From Paraspadella gotoi (Eukaryota > Animalia > Chaetognatha): a stretch of 64,000 bases of DNA. The notes under the pieces were generated by a model that searched no databases, was not told where the DNA came from, and saw only the letters and a list, made by a program, of their open reading frames with translations. Where the stretch lies: assembly GCA_051294375.1 (NCBI GenBank), contig CM119267.1, forward strand, positions 13,215,081 through 13,279,080. The letters are read 5' to 3'. Every line of letters begins with the position of its first letter. Position 1 is the first letter of the stretch. Position numbers and translations under genes: made by a program. Below, piece after piece: positions 1 through 12,984 of the stretch.

Positions 1-1039
1 AGATTAATTAGTAATCTATATATAACTTTATAAGTTTTTTGGATAAAGAAAATGATGGAATTTTTAGATGTCACTTAAAATATTGCTTGTCTGATTTTAC
101 AAAGCCATGCTTACAAATTCTGGACAAAATATTAGTTCAACCATCCCATCACAGTCTAAGGTTATGTTATCTTTCTTTATATCCACCAGCAAAAAAAGAA
201 AATTATCTTCTTATTTAAGAGAGAACAAGAAAATGATGTACTGAAAGAAGCCGGAAAGACATTCAACTTCTTCACTTTACTGTCATTTGGTCAATAATAA
301 AAATAGACGAATTTTTAATTATTTAACTCATCACCAAGGCTTCACCAAGACATTAAACTTTCATAAGTATGCGCCAATGTTTTAAGTAATTTATTATAGT
401 GTTTTATCCAGAAATCATAATAATACAGATTAAGTTGTGGGATTCCCTTCGCTCGTTTAAACGAAAAAAAAATTAAACTACGGAATTAATAAGTTTGTAA
501 AGGAGAAGTCAAATCGGACGAAAACCTTAAATAGGCGTAAGAATAGGTTGAAAAAAAAGGGGTGGCAATTTTGATGGTCCTAAAGATTTCTCCACAAATG
601 TGAGGTCGATAAAGCGAAACTTGAGAATTACATTATTTCCCTATTATACGATATAAAATATAAGAAAAGTCAGCTGGCTTCTATTTTTATGAGCGGGCTT
701 CCTAATTATAGTAGATGAGTTTCTCGGATTTGTCTTTTTTTTCTACTAACAAGTGAATTTAATCATGTAAAGGTGTATGATACCAAAAATTGTGTGTTGT
801 TTTACACTTAAACGAGGCCAACGCATCCAATTGGAACGAATGGCTTTGAATTCTCTTGGAATCGATGGGTTAATCAACTTCGAGTTGGGGATTTTACACC
901 TAAAGCGATGAAGAGACCGAACTGGTGAAAGCGTCCGCGGTGAAAACGATGAGAAAAAGGTCGGGGAACGACGAGAGAAAAAAAAGAAATTAAAGGAAAA
1001 AAGCCCCCCCCTTCTTAAAAAAAATTTGGCCCCCCCGCG

Positions 1040-1230
1040 TTTTTAAATCCCCCATGTGGGGGGGGGAGGGTTTATGGGAGCGCCCCGCGCGGGTTCCCAA
1101 TCAGCGTTGGATCGCGAAAATTCGCAGCTTTATCCCTGTGGCCCTGGATTGGCGGGCCTTGACCAATCGACGACGAGAGTTTCGAGAAGATATTTTACAT
1201 TTTTTTTCCCGCGAAAATTTGCGCAAGGTC
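1040..1230. promoter_or_regulatory. Candidate CCAAT/E2F-type promoter island
   Basis: CpG-rich; CCAAT 1097, ATTGG 1148, CCAAT 1163; TTTCCCGCGAAAA at 1205; motif matches only. Confidence 0.4.
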
Positions 1231-1839
1231 GACGAAGAAACGCGTTGATCTTTCCCCTTGGGATGGCCTACCGTTTCCAAAACCTGTGTTCTATAATAAT
1301 TTCCTATGTTTTTACTTAGATGCACGTGTTTTTACCCCGTTTTTACCCTACATTTTATTTGATCCAATTATATATTTTACGCTAATCTTAGGAATCTTGG
1401 CCGAAAATTCGAGTTCTAGTCGGCGCAAGATCAAACGTGCCCTTTTTAAATATATACATCCATTTTATTAATCAATATACATTCCATTTCTTTTAACTCT
1501 CTCTACCGGCCTTCTCTCACCCCTAGAGGTTGCGAGGTTGCCGCTCCCCAGGGAAAATTCAACGACGAAAATGTGAAAACCAAAAAAAATTCGTTTCACG
1601 AACACATAATGCAAATCTTCGCGAATTCTCGTCAGATTCTTACGCCAATTTCTTCCCCTTTTTTCTTTTAAAAATCGTGTTAAAAACTTGTTTTTCTCTT
1701 AATGTTGTGAGACAAATTTGCATTTCACGTCTTTCTTTTCTCTCTGGGTTTTCACAAGTTCCTTCGGGCTCTTTCTCTCTAGGCATTTTCTCGGCATTCT
1801 AAACGGGCTCTCAAAATATCAACCTAATTTTATCTTTTT

Positions 1840-2383
1840 TAGCCGGGTCTTCTTACAGCAGATTCCGGCTCTATAATTCACTTTGTCGGTCCGCGACCCC
1901 AATCTTGTCGGGCATTCGTTTATATCACATTTAAGTAAGTTCTGATTCTATCTGAAATGATCGTGTCAGAACATCGAATTATGATAAATTATGCAAAAAA
2001 AATTATGTCTGTCCGTCTTTGTCCATCCCACCTTAGTAAAAATATTAATATTCGTGATTGATGGATGATTGGAATTAAATTTTATGTGTGGGTAGGAAAG
2101 TGTGTGATTGAGCAGGAAATAAAGTTTCGATGGAATCGTTCAAGTGGAAATGAGTTAAGATAGAAAAAACAATCTATTTCACTATTTGATTATGCTTTAT
2201 TTTTAAATTAAATGTAAATTCAAGTGCGTTAATTATTATTAATTATTAATTATTTGTAATTTATTTTATGATCAAGATTGTTTTGTAATTGAGAGAATAA
2301 AAAAATTGATAAATTAATTATCAGATCAGCTGCTTACCGCTAATGATGGTGGGCAGATCCGGCATTGTTTGCTCAAACTTGTT
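1840..2383 (+). mobile_element. HINE/DINE-1-type non-autonomous Helentron, family A
   Basis: T-run, 5' subTIR GCCGGGTCTTC plus partial inverted repeat GCAGATTCCGGC, CTATAAT core, GTCY microsatellite, 3' subTIR GCAGATCCGGC and hairpin GTTTG-CT-CAAAC followed by TTT. Confidence 0.8.
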
Positions 2384-5300
2384 TCCCTTTCATCAATTCC
2401 GTCTCTCTTCCCCAGGGATTCTTTCCAGACCAACTCGCAAATTCTGTTCCGACTTCATATCATCTGATTGCTTTTAATACGAACCATGAACGAGAAAATG
2501 AAGATTTCCTTTCCGCGGACTTAAATGGCGGAACAAGATCCTAACGACGTGTCTTGAAGTGACGTTGGCTTCTGGAAAGCGGATGTGAAACCAAATCTTC
2601 CAATAATGTTATTGTCAAATTCGTCGTGAAAAAATGCAGGACATCTGACTGACAGGACATCGAAATTAGAACTTTTGTATTTATTGTAAATTTTATAATT
2701 TTTTAGTCGGATCTGCTTATCAGAATATCCCGACCTATAATTCACTTGTCTGTCCGCCCCCTCATCTTGTCGGGCTTTCACTTAAATCATGTCAAACATC
2801 AAATTATGATAAATTATGGGGAAAAAAAGATGTCCGTCCGTCCGTCCCACCTTTGCAAAAAACTCCAATTACTCGTGATTGGATGGATGGATTGGATTGA
2901 AATTTTTGTGTGGGAGAAAAGTGTGAATTGGGAAGCTGATATAAAGTTTCGATGGAATTTAGTTTAAATGGAAAAAACAAAAGTCATATTTACTTGATTG
3001 ATTAATTGATTGATTACTAAATTGTGTGAGGGTAGGAAAGTAATTAAACTGGAAAAAAATTTTTGATGGAATCGTAGGAGTGGAAAACAGTTTAAATTAG
3101 AAAATCAAAAGATACATTTATTTTAATTCTTTCTTTCTTTCTGATTGATTAATTAATTGATTGACCAAATTTTGCCAGTTGACCATTAAAGCTTAGCAAA
3201 AATATTAAAATCAAGTAGAATCAAAATTCAAATAGTAGATCACGAACAGGCTTGTACCTGTGAACATTTGTAATTTTAGATAGATAGATAATGTCAAATT
3301 TTAAAAATGTTATTTTATTTTTAAAAGCAGATTCGAATTCCTCATGAAAATACAACTATTTTTAGAAAATTATTTTATTAAGTGGATCAAAATCAATTAA
3401 TAGATTAATAAGCAAGTTTAATTAAATTTAATCGGTATAATAATAATGTTATTATTAATAATATTTATGATAATAAAAGAAATATTAATAATAACAAAAA
3501 TTATGATACTATTTACTAAAATTATCTAAAATATATGTTTAAAATCGATTTTATCTTTAAAGTTCCTAAAAATTTTTAGGTTCAAACACTGTTAAAAAGG
3601 CGATTACACTCTATCATTTGATCGCTCTTGTGAGATTTATTCCAGTCAACTTTTTTTTATTTTTATGGTTCCAATGTATAGAGCAGACAAATCAAAACCT
3701 AATAGAAGAGGTCGTTAAGAGAGATCTAGTGTGGTTATTGATTTTTGTAGCTCTATTGATATCTTTAGCCTTTGGCTTTCAAATATCTGGTTCNNNNNNN
3801 NNNACCTTAGTAAAAAATATTAATTATTCGTGATTTGATGGATGCATTGGAATTAAATTTTATGTGTGGGTAGGAAAGTGTGTGATTGAGCAGGAAATAA
3901 AGTTTTGATGGAATCGTTCAAGTGGAAATGAGTTAAGATAGAAAAAACAATCTATTTCACTATTTGATTATGCTTTTATTTTTAAATTAAATGTAAATTC
4001 AAGCTGCGTTAATTATTATTAATTATTAATTATTTGTAATTTATTTTATGATCAAGATTGTTTTGTAATTGAGAGAATAAAAAAAATTGATAAATTAATT
4101 ATCAGATCAGCTGCTTACCGCTAATGATGGTGGGCAGATCCGGCATTGTTTGCTCAAACTTGTTTCCCTTTCATCAATTCCGTCTCTCTTCCCCAGGGAT
4201 TCCTTTCCCAGACCAACTCGCAAATTCTGTTCCGACTTCATATCATCTGATTGCTTTTAATACGAACCATGAACGAGAAATGAAGATTTCCTTTCCGCGG
4301 ACTTAAATGGCGGAACAAGATCCTAACGACGTGTCTTGAAGTGACGTTGGCTTCTGGAAAGCGGCATGTGAAACCAAATCTTCCAATTAATGTTATTGTC
4401 AAATTCGTCGTGAAAAACTGCAGGACATCTGACTGACAGGACATCGAAATTAGAACTTTTTGTATTTATTGTAAATTTTATAATTTTTTAGTCGGATCTG
4501 CTTATCAGAATATCCCGACTCTATAATTCACTTTGTCTGTCCGCCCCCTCAAAGATCGTCCGTCCGTCCACACTTTGCAAAAAAACTCCATTACTCAGTG
4601 ATTGGATGGGATGGAATTGGATTGAAATTTTGTGTGAGAAGAAAGTGTGTAATTGAGCTGAATATAAAGTTTCGGAATAGAAAGGAAAAAACAAAGTCAT
4701 ATTTACTTGATTGATTAATTGATTGATTAACTAAATTGGACCTGGTGGAGGGTAGGAAAGTAATTAAACTGGAAAAAAATTTTTGATGGAATCGTAGGAG
4801 TGGAAAACAGTTTAAATTAGAAAATCAAAAGAGATACATTTATTTTAATTTCTTTCTTTTCTTTCTGATTGATTAATTAATTTGCATTGACCAAATTTTT
4901 GCCAGTTGACCATTAAAGCTTAGCAAAAATATTAAATCAAGTAAAATCAAAATCAAATAGTAGATCACGAACAGGCTTGTACCTGGTGAACATTTGTAAT
5001 TTTAGATAGATAGATAATGGTCAAATTTTAAAAAATGTTATTTTATTTATAAGAGATTCGATTCCTCATGAAAATACAAACGATTTTTAGAAAATTATTT
5101 ATTAATGGTGGATCAAAATCAATTAATAGATTAATAAGCAATGTTTAATTAAATTTAATCGGTATAATAAATAATGTTTATTAATAAATTTATGATAATA
5201 AAAGAGAATATTCAATAATAACAAAAAATTATGATACCTATTTACTAAATTATCTAAAATATATGTTTAAAATCGATTTGTATCTTTAAAGTCTCCTAAA

Positions 5301-5525
5301 AATTTTTAGGTTCAAACACTGTTAAAAGCGTTACTCATCAATTTGATCGCTCTTGTGAGATTATTCCATCAACTTTTTTTTTATTTTATGGTTCCAATGT
5401 ATAAGTTAGCAGACAAATCAAAACCTAATATAGAAGAGGGTCGTATAAGAGAGATCTAGTGATGGTTATTGATTTTGTAGCTCTATTGATATCTTTAGCC
5501 TTTTGGCTTTCAAATATCTGGTTCC
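2030..5525. repeat. ~1.75-kb direct duplication across a 10-N gap (2030-3793 vs 3805-5525), probable assembly artefact
   Basis: Colinear copies abut the gap; the second copy is full of small indels. Confidence 0.8.
2704..3180 (+). mobile_element. HINE family A, 3'-truncated
   Basis: TTTTTAGTCGGATCTGC start, GTCC repeats, about two internal repeat units; no 3' subTIR; right boundary approximate. Confidence 0.7.
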
Positions 5526-5777
5526 AGTAGACACCAAAAACGATTTTTTTTTATTTTTTTATTTACAGTATATAGTATGAAATAAAGTGGCGCATTTTTT
5601 TTTTGCACAGAGACTGTAACAAAAACGACTTCGGAGATTTCGTGTTTTTTTTTTCCAGTACCTGCGTTCCTACTCTTATTCTAATATGCGTCGCTTCTCT
5701 TTCGAATATTGCCTAAGGAAACTTGCTCTTATCCTGCCCTAATCTTTGTCAGNNNNNNNNNNNNNNNNNNNNNNNNN

Positions 5778-5950
5778 TACTTTGTCGGCCTTTTACACTT
5801 AAATCATGTCAAAACATCCAAATATATTGATAAATTATGGGAAAAAAAAAAGATGATCCTCCGTCCGTCCACACTTTGCAAAAAACTCCAATTACTCGTG
5901 ATTGGATGGGATGGATTGGATTGAAATTTTGTGTGGGTAGAAAAGTGTGT
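5778..5950 (+). mobile_element. HINE family A fragment next to a gap
   Basis: Core ACTTTGTCGG, CCGTCCGTCC and start of the internal repeat ATTACTCGTGATTGGATGG. Confidence 0.6.
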
Positions 5951-6244
5951 AAACACAATGAGAAAAAGTAGAGCGTAACGTTACTTGTTCCGAGCTATAA
6001 AAAAAAATGTCACGTTTCTTACAATATTATTATATTTCTTTTATTTTTTGAAAACATCGAGTTATAAGTTTCATATGCTGATTTCCAAAATATCAATGCA
6101 AAATCTTTTTTTTGTGTTTTTTGACTATGACTCGAAATCAGTAGGGTGAAGATGAAAAAATTTTTTTAAAAAGTTACTTATTCATATTTATTCATAGACA
6201 TTGTAATAGAAACAAATTAAAAAATATCAATAGTTACTTAATAT

Positions 6245-7232
6245 AGTGTTATGTCTCACAATAGATGGGAAAAAACCGTCATTCTAAAATATTGACTCGG
6301 TAAGTGCGCCCGGTACTAAGGCTTACCAATGGCATCCTCCACGCCCGATTGTTCTATTCAAATATTTTTTTTATTTAATATTTGAAAGGTAAAAAAGAAA
6401 ATTTGGAAGCAGGTTCGAGGTTTACAGATAATATTGACTAATTGACATGATAACCATGATTTTTATATCTTGTGAAATGGGGGCAGTAAAGAAATCTTAA
6501 AAAAATTTCGATCATTAAGCTCAGTCAATAGAACCTTTTTCCAATGGCGCTATTACTGAGAAATATTTTTCTTATTTAAAATTGGAATGATAAATAATAA
6601 AATTAATATCTCTTGCTATATTTAAAAAAAAATATCAATACAAATTAACACAATGATGTTTTGCTTTGTCAAATATGTTACCAGCTATATTAATTTTTTA
6701 CAACTTTAATATGTATAAACAGCAGTGTGTCAGCTTTTAGTTTGTCAGTTAAAGATAATGTAAACAATTGACGGATTTTTTTTTGTTCAAGACAAGAAGG
6801 TAGATGTCCAGACTGTTTAGTAAACGTCTGAAAACATTTTTGTATTTTATCATTTTATATATTTAAAAACTATTATGTTTTTATCAAGCTAACAACATAA
6901 AATTTTTGCTTGTTTTTTACTTAACTGAAAAATATAAGCATTTATGGAATAAAAAAATTTATATACTAAACAAAAATGTAATTCAGTCTTTCGTTTTTCA
7001 AATTTACAAAAGAAAAGAGAAAATATTCCATATTCTCATTTGAAATTTTTAAAAGCAAAAAACTGTCTTATATTACTTTTAACCTCTGATTTAACAAAAG
7101 CTGTGTAAAAGATTTATGGATCATTATTTAATTTAATAAAAATCCTTTTAGAAAAGGGGTCCCATGATTAGGGCTTTTAATTTGATTACCACATCCACCT
7201 TGCTACCTCTATTTCTTTCAAAAGTTATTTAA
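6245..7232 (+). repeat. Diverged ~1-kb dispersed repeat
   Basis: Matches the reverse complement of 21120-22080 at many anchors (TAAGGCTTACCAAT, CTTGTGAAATGGGGGCAG, CCCATGATTAGGGCTTT). Confidence 0.8.
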
Positions 7233-8225
7233 AATAATAATATAACGTTTTATTTGTTAAATTTACGACTCACATTTTGAAATATTCTGTATATATAAAT
7301 TTGTCAAGCGGCATTTGTTTAACTAAAATAGTTTTGGCCAAGCGGGACTCAATCGTTGTAAACTCTTAATTATTTCAAAAAAACACTTGAAGGTAAATTT
7401 TGTGTCTGATTTATGTCAGACATTATCTACTTTCAGAGTTATCCATCGTATAATAATATTAGTTATTATTTCCCCAAAAACGTCTAAATTTTAGAAAAGT
7501 TCAATGAACATTTTTTCAAATTGTGGGTAAATTGTAAAATTATCATATCCATACGACACTATGCTCATCTGAGAATAATGGTTTGCATAGAAAAAATAAT
7601 AATATCAAAAATAAAAATAAAAATATCAGCCTCTTAGAAAAATCTTAAGGCTAGAAGGCTGATTTTTTTAAGACATTGCAAATTTTTTTCCTGGACTCAT
7701 AATCCATTATTCTCAAGTTTCAAATTATATTTATTTCACAAAATCATCTACATCTATATTTTTATTAATTTTAATAATAGTTTTTTATGATGTTTTGCCT
7801 TTTTTGTTTGAAAGAATTTAAAAATAACCAGGAAAATACTAGTAAATCCATATAAGGTTCTTTGAAAATACCTTTTAAAATATTAAATAATTAGACAAGG
7901 GAGTAAGCAGATAAAACTTCCCCATTTCATAAAGAAAATTTGAAAATGAATTTGTCTATTGTTATTTAGATTTTTACTAATTACAAACAAATATCATATA
8001 CATTGAGGAAATGATGAGGTAAAAAAATATTATCTTATCTCGGTTAAACTATAGGTATGTTCGTTAAAGTTTTGTTTAATAATATTAATATTTTTTTTGC
8101 ATCTTATTTAAAAAACATATGGTCTAAAAATTTTGTAAGCGTTTTTCGAGCTATATTGCCCTCATCCTTTTTTACTATTTTTTGATCATAGTTTAGCTTT
8201 TGTTGAATGGTCGAAGGTTTATGGA

Positions 8226-8264
<39 letters not shown>

Positions 8265-8542
8265 CTCAATTTCTTTCGTTCATATCGTCCGCGCGACTTT
8301 TCAATTGTTAATATCGCCCGAGATTTTGTAGAGAAACGTAGACCTCACGAAGAATGTGTTGTACCAAAAAAAAATAATATCAATATGAAAACGAATTTTC
8401 TGCTCGAGTTGACGAAAAAGTCGACGGAATCGACGGTCATACGCGTTCACCGATGGCGATGCCCTTTTTATCAGTTGTGATGAATATAAGAAATCACAAA
8501 TCGTAAGGAGAAAATCTCAGCTAAATATTTAGAAATTTTACT

Positions 8543-8821
8543 TTTAGTGAAAAGGTTTGAAATAGTTTCTACAACGAATTTATTTTTAGTCGGATCTGCT
8601 TATCAGCCATTGGTTTGGTATGATACAATCTGTTATGATCAGTTAGGATCACATTTTGAAAGAATTATCCTCATTTATCATCTGATTAGCTGATTACCGC
8701 TTAATTATCATAGGCAGATCCGACCTTGTTTGCTCAAACTTGTTCATTAAAAACGGACATGTTTCATTTTTTATTGAAAAATAAATTCGTTGTAGAAACT
8801 AATTCAAACCTTTTCACTAAA
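8543..8821. repeat. Palindromic/foldback MITE-like element interrupted by the mini-HINE
   Basis: 8543-8587 is the near-perfect reverse complement of 8777-8821; without the HINE the symmetry continues to a central ACATGT (8757-8762). Confidence 0.7.
8588..8744 (+). mobile_element. Minimal HINE family A (about 157 bp, both ends intact)
   Basis: AGTCGGATCTGC ... GCAGATCCGAC-CTTGTTTGCTCAAACTTGTT; sits in the T-run of a palindromic element. Confidence 0.8.
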
Positions 8822-9424
8822 TTTCCAAACACAACGAAAAGAAAGGATCATAATATAAAGTAATTTTACTAAAATAGCTCACGAAAAAAAAACAACAAAT
8901 AGAAATAGCCTCGAATTTAGAAAAGAACCGACTTATAAAATGCCTGCTCTTTTCTGCTTTTAATCTGTCGTTTTTTTTCTCCCATTCGCAGATTATTAAA
9001 TTGGTTCTGACGTCGAGACAAAAACAAAAATAAACGGAACCGAATTAGCAGTTTTAATTAAGTCGCGACGACAAAAGATCGGATGAAAAAAGATGCAAAA
9101 TACTCGATTCGTTTTAAACAAAAAGCCGAGAAACAGCATAAGGCGAAACAAAATAGAATGAACGTGAAACATTGCACAAATAATGAAATTGTTTGGATAG
9201 AAAGATGGAATGGTTCGGACAGAAGGATAACTAGAAATTCTTATCCAAAAGAGTAAGAGAGAGAGATCGAAAAGGAAATACAGTAAAAATAAATTCGTTG
9301 TAGAAACTAATTCAAACCTTTTCACTAAATGTCCAAACACAACGAAAATAAAGGATCATAATACAAAGTAATTTTACTAAAATAGCTCACGAAACGTAAC
9401 AACAAATAGAAATAGCCTCGAATT
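8778..9424. repeat. ~140-bp direct repeat pair (8778-8917 and 9286-9424)
   Basis: AAAATAAATTCGTTGTAGAAACT...AATAGCCTCGAATTT occurs twice with a few differences. Confidence 0.85.
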
Positions 9425-10454
9425 TTTCTCGGCCTCCCGAAATGTCTCTCTTTTTTTTTTGATCAACTGACTTTCTGACTTCGTGACTGTCGACGACTGT
9501 CAAGGATAGATTTTAAATCCGGGTTCACAAAGGTTTCACAAAGATCCTGGTCTTTGAAAAAGCGGAGCCTGATCACTCGTGAAACGAGGCCGTAGAATAT
9601 TCACACAGAAAAAAAAAGAAAACACTTTTTCGCTTTTGATATTCAGATTCAAATTCAGATTCACAGAAAACTCACAAAAAATCATTTCATTTCACTTCCC
9701 CCCGCCCCCAAAAAAAAAGAAAATGCAGAGACCTGAAAAGAATCGGGTTGCTCTTTAGAGGCGAGAAAACCCTTTTAGAGAGAAAGATACCCACCCATTT
9801 TTTCGACAGCGAACAACCTTTACCCGTTTTCCCCCCCCCGAACCCCCCTACCCCCAAACTCACTCCACCCACTCTCGTTCCCTCGTTCTCTCTCCCCGTC
9901 GTTTTTCTATAAAAGAAATCTCTTTCGATAAATTTCTTTTCTTCCTCATTCTTTCCTTTTTTTTCGCACCAGAATTTTTTTTTCTTTTTCATATTGTTAG
10001 AATTTTTTCGATAAAAAGCGAATCGTATTTACAAGATGGCGTCCTCGGCGAAGCAGACGGACGTCTTATCTTCTTATTCTCTTTTACACGGCGTAACAAA
10101 TCGTAAACACCCTCCGGTGGAAGTAAACAAACAAATCCGAAAATAACCGTATATATATACAGCCTCCTTTCCATAACATTGAGAGGCCGAAGCCGAAGTT
10201 ATAAAAATATAGACGAAACGAAAAGCCTTTGACGAATTCTCCTTTTTTTTCTCCTTTTTGATCCGAGTATTGATTTCTTTTTCTCGTCTCTTCATTTTTT
10301 TAGGATGGATTGACGGATTGGGGGAGGGACAAGAGGAGAGGGAGGGAAACGAGGGGATAGTTCGATTGTTCGTTCACTTTTTCTCCTTCCTTCTCTCATC
10401 CCTCTTCCACCTCCTTCCATTCTTCTCCCTCACCCTCTCTCCGTTCATATCAAC

Positions 10455-10520
10455 GTCTGAGTCACGTGACGCCAAAGGTCAAAGGTCGAGTGGGCGACGT
10501 CGCGAGATAAGCGTCGCGAG

Positions 10521-10604
<84 letters not shown>

Positions 10605-10810
10605 ACCCAGCGAACTCGACGTGATTCGACGTCCCAACGGCTTCCGGCCCTTAATCCTCTTCACGCGCCTGCAGCGCCGGCAGCGTCGGCTGCGACCGCA
10701 GCGCCAGATTCGGACGACGACGTCGCCTCGGAAAGTTGGATGTGGGAGACTAGTGGCCCGGGCTGGGCTGTCTAAGGGGCGTATAAAAAGACGAAGGGGA
10801 TATCAGCCAT
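10455..10810 (+). promoter_or_regulatory. Candidate Pol II promoter/enhancer island
   Basis: TGAGTCA overlapping GTCACGTGAC (10458-10470), DR1 AGGTCA-A-AGGTCG (10476-10488), CT tract, GGGGCG-TATAAAAAG (TATA at 10782). Confidence 0.35.
10505..10601. repeat. (CT)n microsatellite, representative of many (AG)n/(CT)n tracts (8229, 13811, 14603, 17505, 18619, 25969, 27277 and others)
   Basis: Directly visible dinucleotide run 10526-10601. Confidence 0.95.
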
Positions 10811-12904
10811 CGTCTAGATAAAGTGGCTTCCATTGCATTTGGGTCTTGAAAGTTACTTTATATAAAAAGGGAAAATATCATTAGAACCAATTTGGATAAA
10901 TTAATAATAAATAAAAAAAAATAGATAAATTAATAAATAGTATTTTATTCAATTTACGGTTTGCGAGACAGGATACAAATATCCCTATATCAGTTTTCAG
11001 ACAAAATAATTCCGAAGAACGAGGGATCGAAACGAGGGATATATTCTCTCGGTTCGGTCGACTCCAAGGCGAAGGAGCGATTTGTCACGAGTTAGTAACC
11101 AAAAGGAAGAGATAAGGCAAAGGATTCTTGGTACATTTCTTTCAATTATTTTAGCAAGAAATTAACGTGAAAATTAAATTAAGTTATATTAATATCATTT
11201 TTTGTGGAGGTACTAAGAATCCATGTATATTTTTAAGGTTTCTCCAGAAAATTTGGTGTCGAATTTGTTTCGTTATAATCTTGCCTATATGTTTGTGTAG
11301 TATTATTCTTTTCTTACTAGCTAAGGAAAACCAGCGACCCCCTCTGACAAAACAGCCAGTTGTCATCGATTTTGATCAGAGCGGCCCACTTCATCGGCGA
11401 CGAAGAGTGGAACCAAGAATGAAGAGGGAAAAACGCCGATCATTTTTGACGATGGAAACAGAAATTGGGTGCTTATTACGGTTTCGGGGGACCGGGGACC
11501 CGCCGAAGGAGGGTTTGAAATGGGCGGGAAAAGTCCGCCTTTTTCATCCCCTCTGCCCTATCGTCGACCCGTTTTCTCTCTCTTTCTTTCTCTTTCTCTC
11601 TCTCCGGCCGCCGAACGAGGCCGGGAAATCAAGAGCCCAGCCAAAGGCCCTTGGAAGAGAGAGACTAGGGAGGGAGGGCAAAAAATGTAAATCCTGGGGG
11701 CGTGTCCGGAATTCAGGGCGGGAAAAAGATCTTAATGTTTGAAGTCGGTTTGAGCTGTCGGGAGAGAGTGAGGGTTTGAAGGATTTTGTTGAGAATATTC
11801 TAAGAAAAAATTAAATTAAATTATATAAATTTCGTCGAGAGTCTGGTTCTCGGCAGGCCTTATTTTCTTTGGTCAAGAAGCGCAAGGAGAAAATTTGCAC
11901 ATATATATGCTGATCGGAATAAACATTCAACAAAAATACTTGGAGACAGCGTGTAAAAGAAGAATTTAGGTGGCGTTGAGCTATCATTAATCTGACATAC
12001 GTAGATAGTGAAACTGTGAAAGGATTACAAAAGAGAGAAAACTAGTACGAGCTAGGTTTTAAAGTAATAAGAAATCTAAAACGTAATAAGAAATCTAAAA
12101 CGTAGTTTAAATATGAAGGAATTAAATATCGAATTAATTAAGAGAATATTCTTCCATTTTATTTTTAATTTTATCGAAGAATAAGAAAAGGGAAAAAGTT
12201 AAAAAAATATTCATTAAAAAAAAATCCAGATCCAACAAGAAATAATCATTTTTTTAATTAAGAGATGAGGATGAGGATCGATCGGAAAAAAAGAAAATGT
12301 AACGACGAGAACCGAAAATAATATTAATAAGGCTCTTCGCACTTGACAGAGAGATACGCGTCGCGCAGAATAAAAGATGGCCGACACGTCACGCGCGAGG
12401 AGTGATTACCTCAGTAAACGTCACACGTTGAAACACGTCGTGAAATTCGTAAAATCCGTTCTAGTGACAATAATTTCTGTTCTGGCAGACAAATGACACT
12501 TAATCTGAAGCCCGCTCTCGGAATGACGTAATGCTGAATAGATTAGTTGATTATGACTCCTATTAACAAAACTTACAAACAAATGGAAACCCCTAGCAAT
12601 TTATTTATTTTAAAACGATCGAGTAAAATCAGCGTCCGGACCAAAGCGCCACCCGACCGAAAGTGGCGCTCCGACGCCAAGGACGCCGTTTATTGAAAAC
12701 CAATCCCGACCTTTTTTTTCTCTCTCTCTTTCCGCGCGGAATGAAAACCCATAAACATTAAAAGAGTCGCTCAGGAACGTTTATCGCGATTTTATTACCT
12801 CATGGCGACGATCAGTCATGAAAATGGCGACGATGTCGATAAAAACAACAACAAAAATTAGATTGAAAACATGAGAACTTATATTATCGGGATCTTCGAA
12901 GTAG

Positions 12905-12984
12905 TGAGTGGCGAGTGGCGAGTGGCTAGTGGCGAGTGGGGAGTGCCGCGTGCCGAGTGGCGAGCGGCGAGCAGCGAGTGGTGG
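12905..12984. repeat. 7-bp minisatellite (GGCGAGT)n
   Basis: About ten degenerate units visible. Confidence 0.85.
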
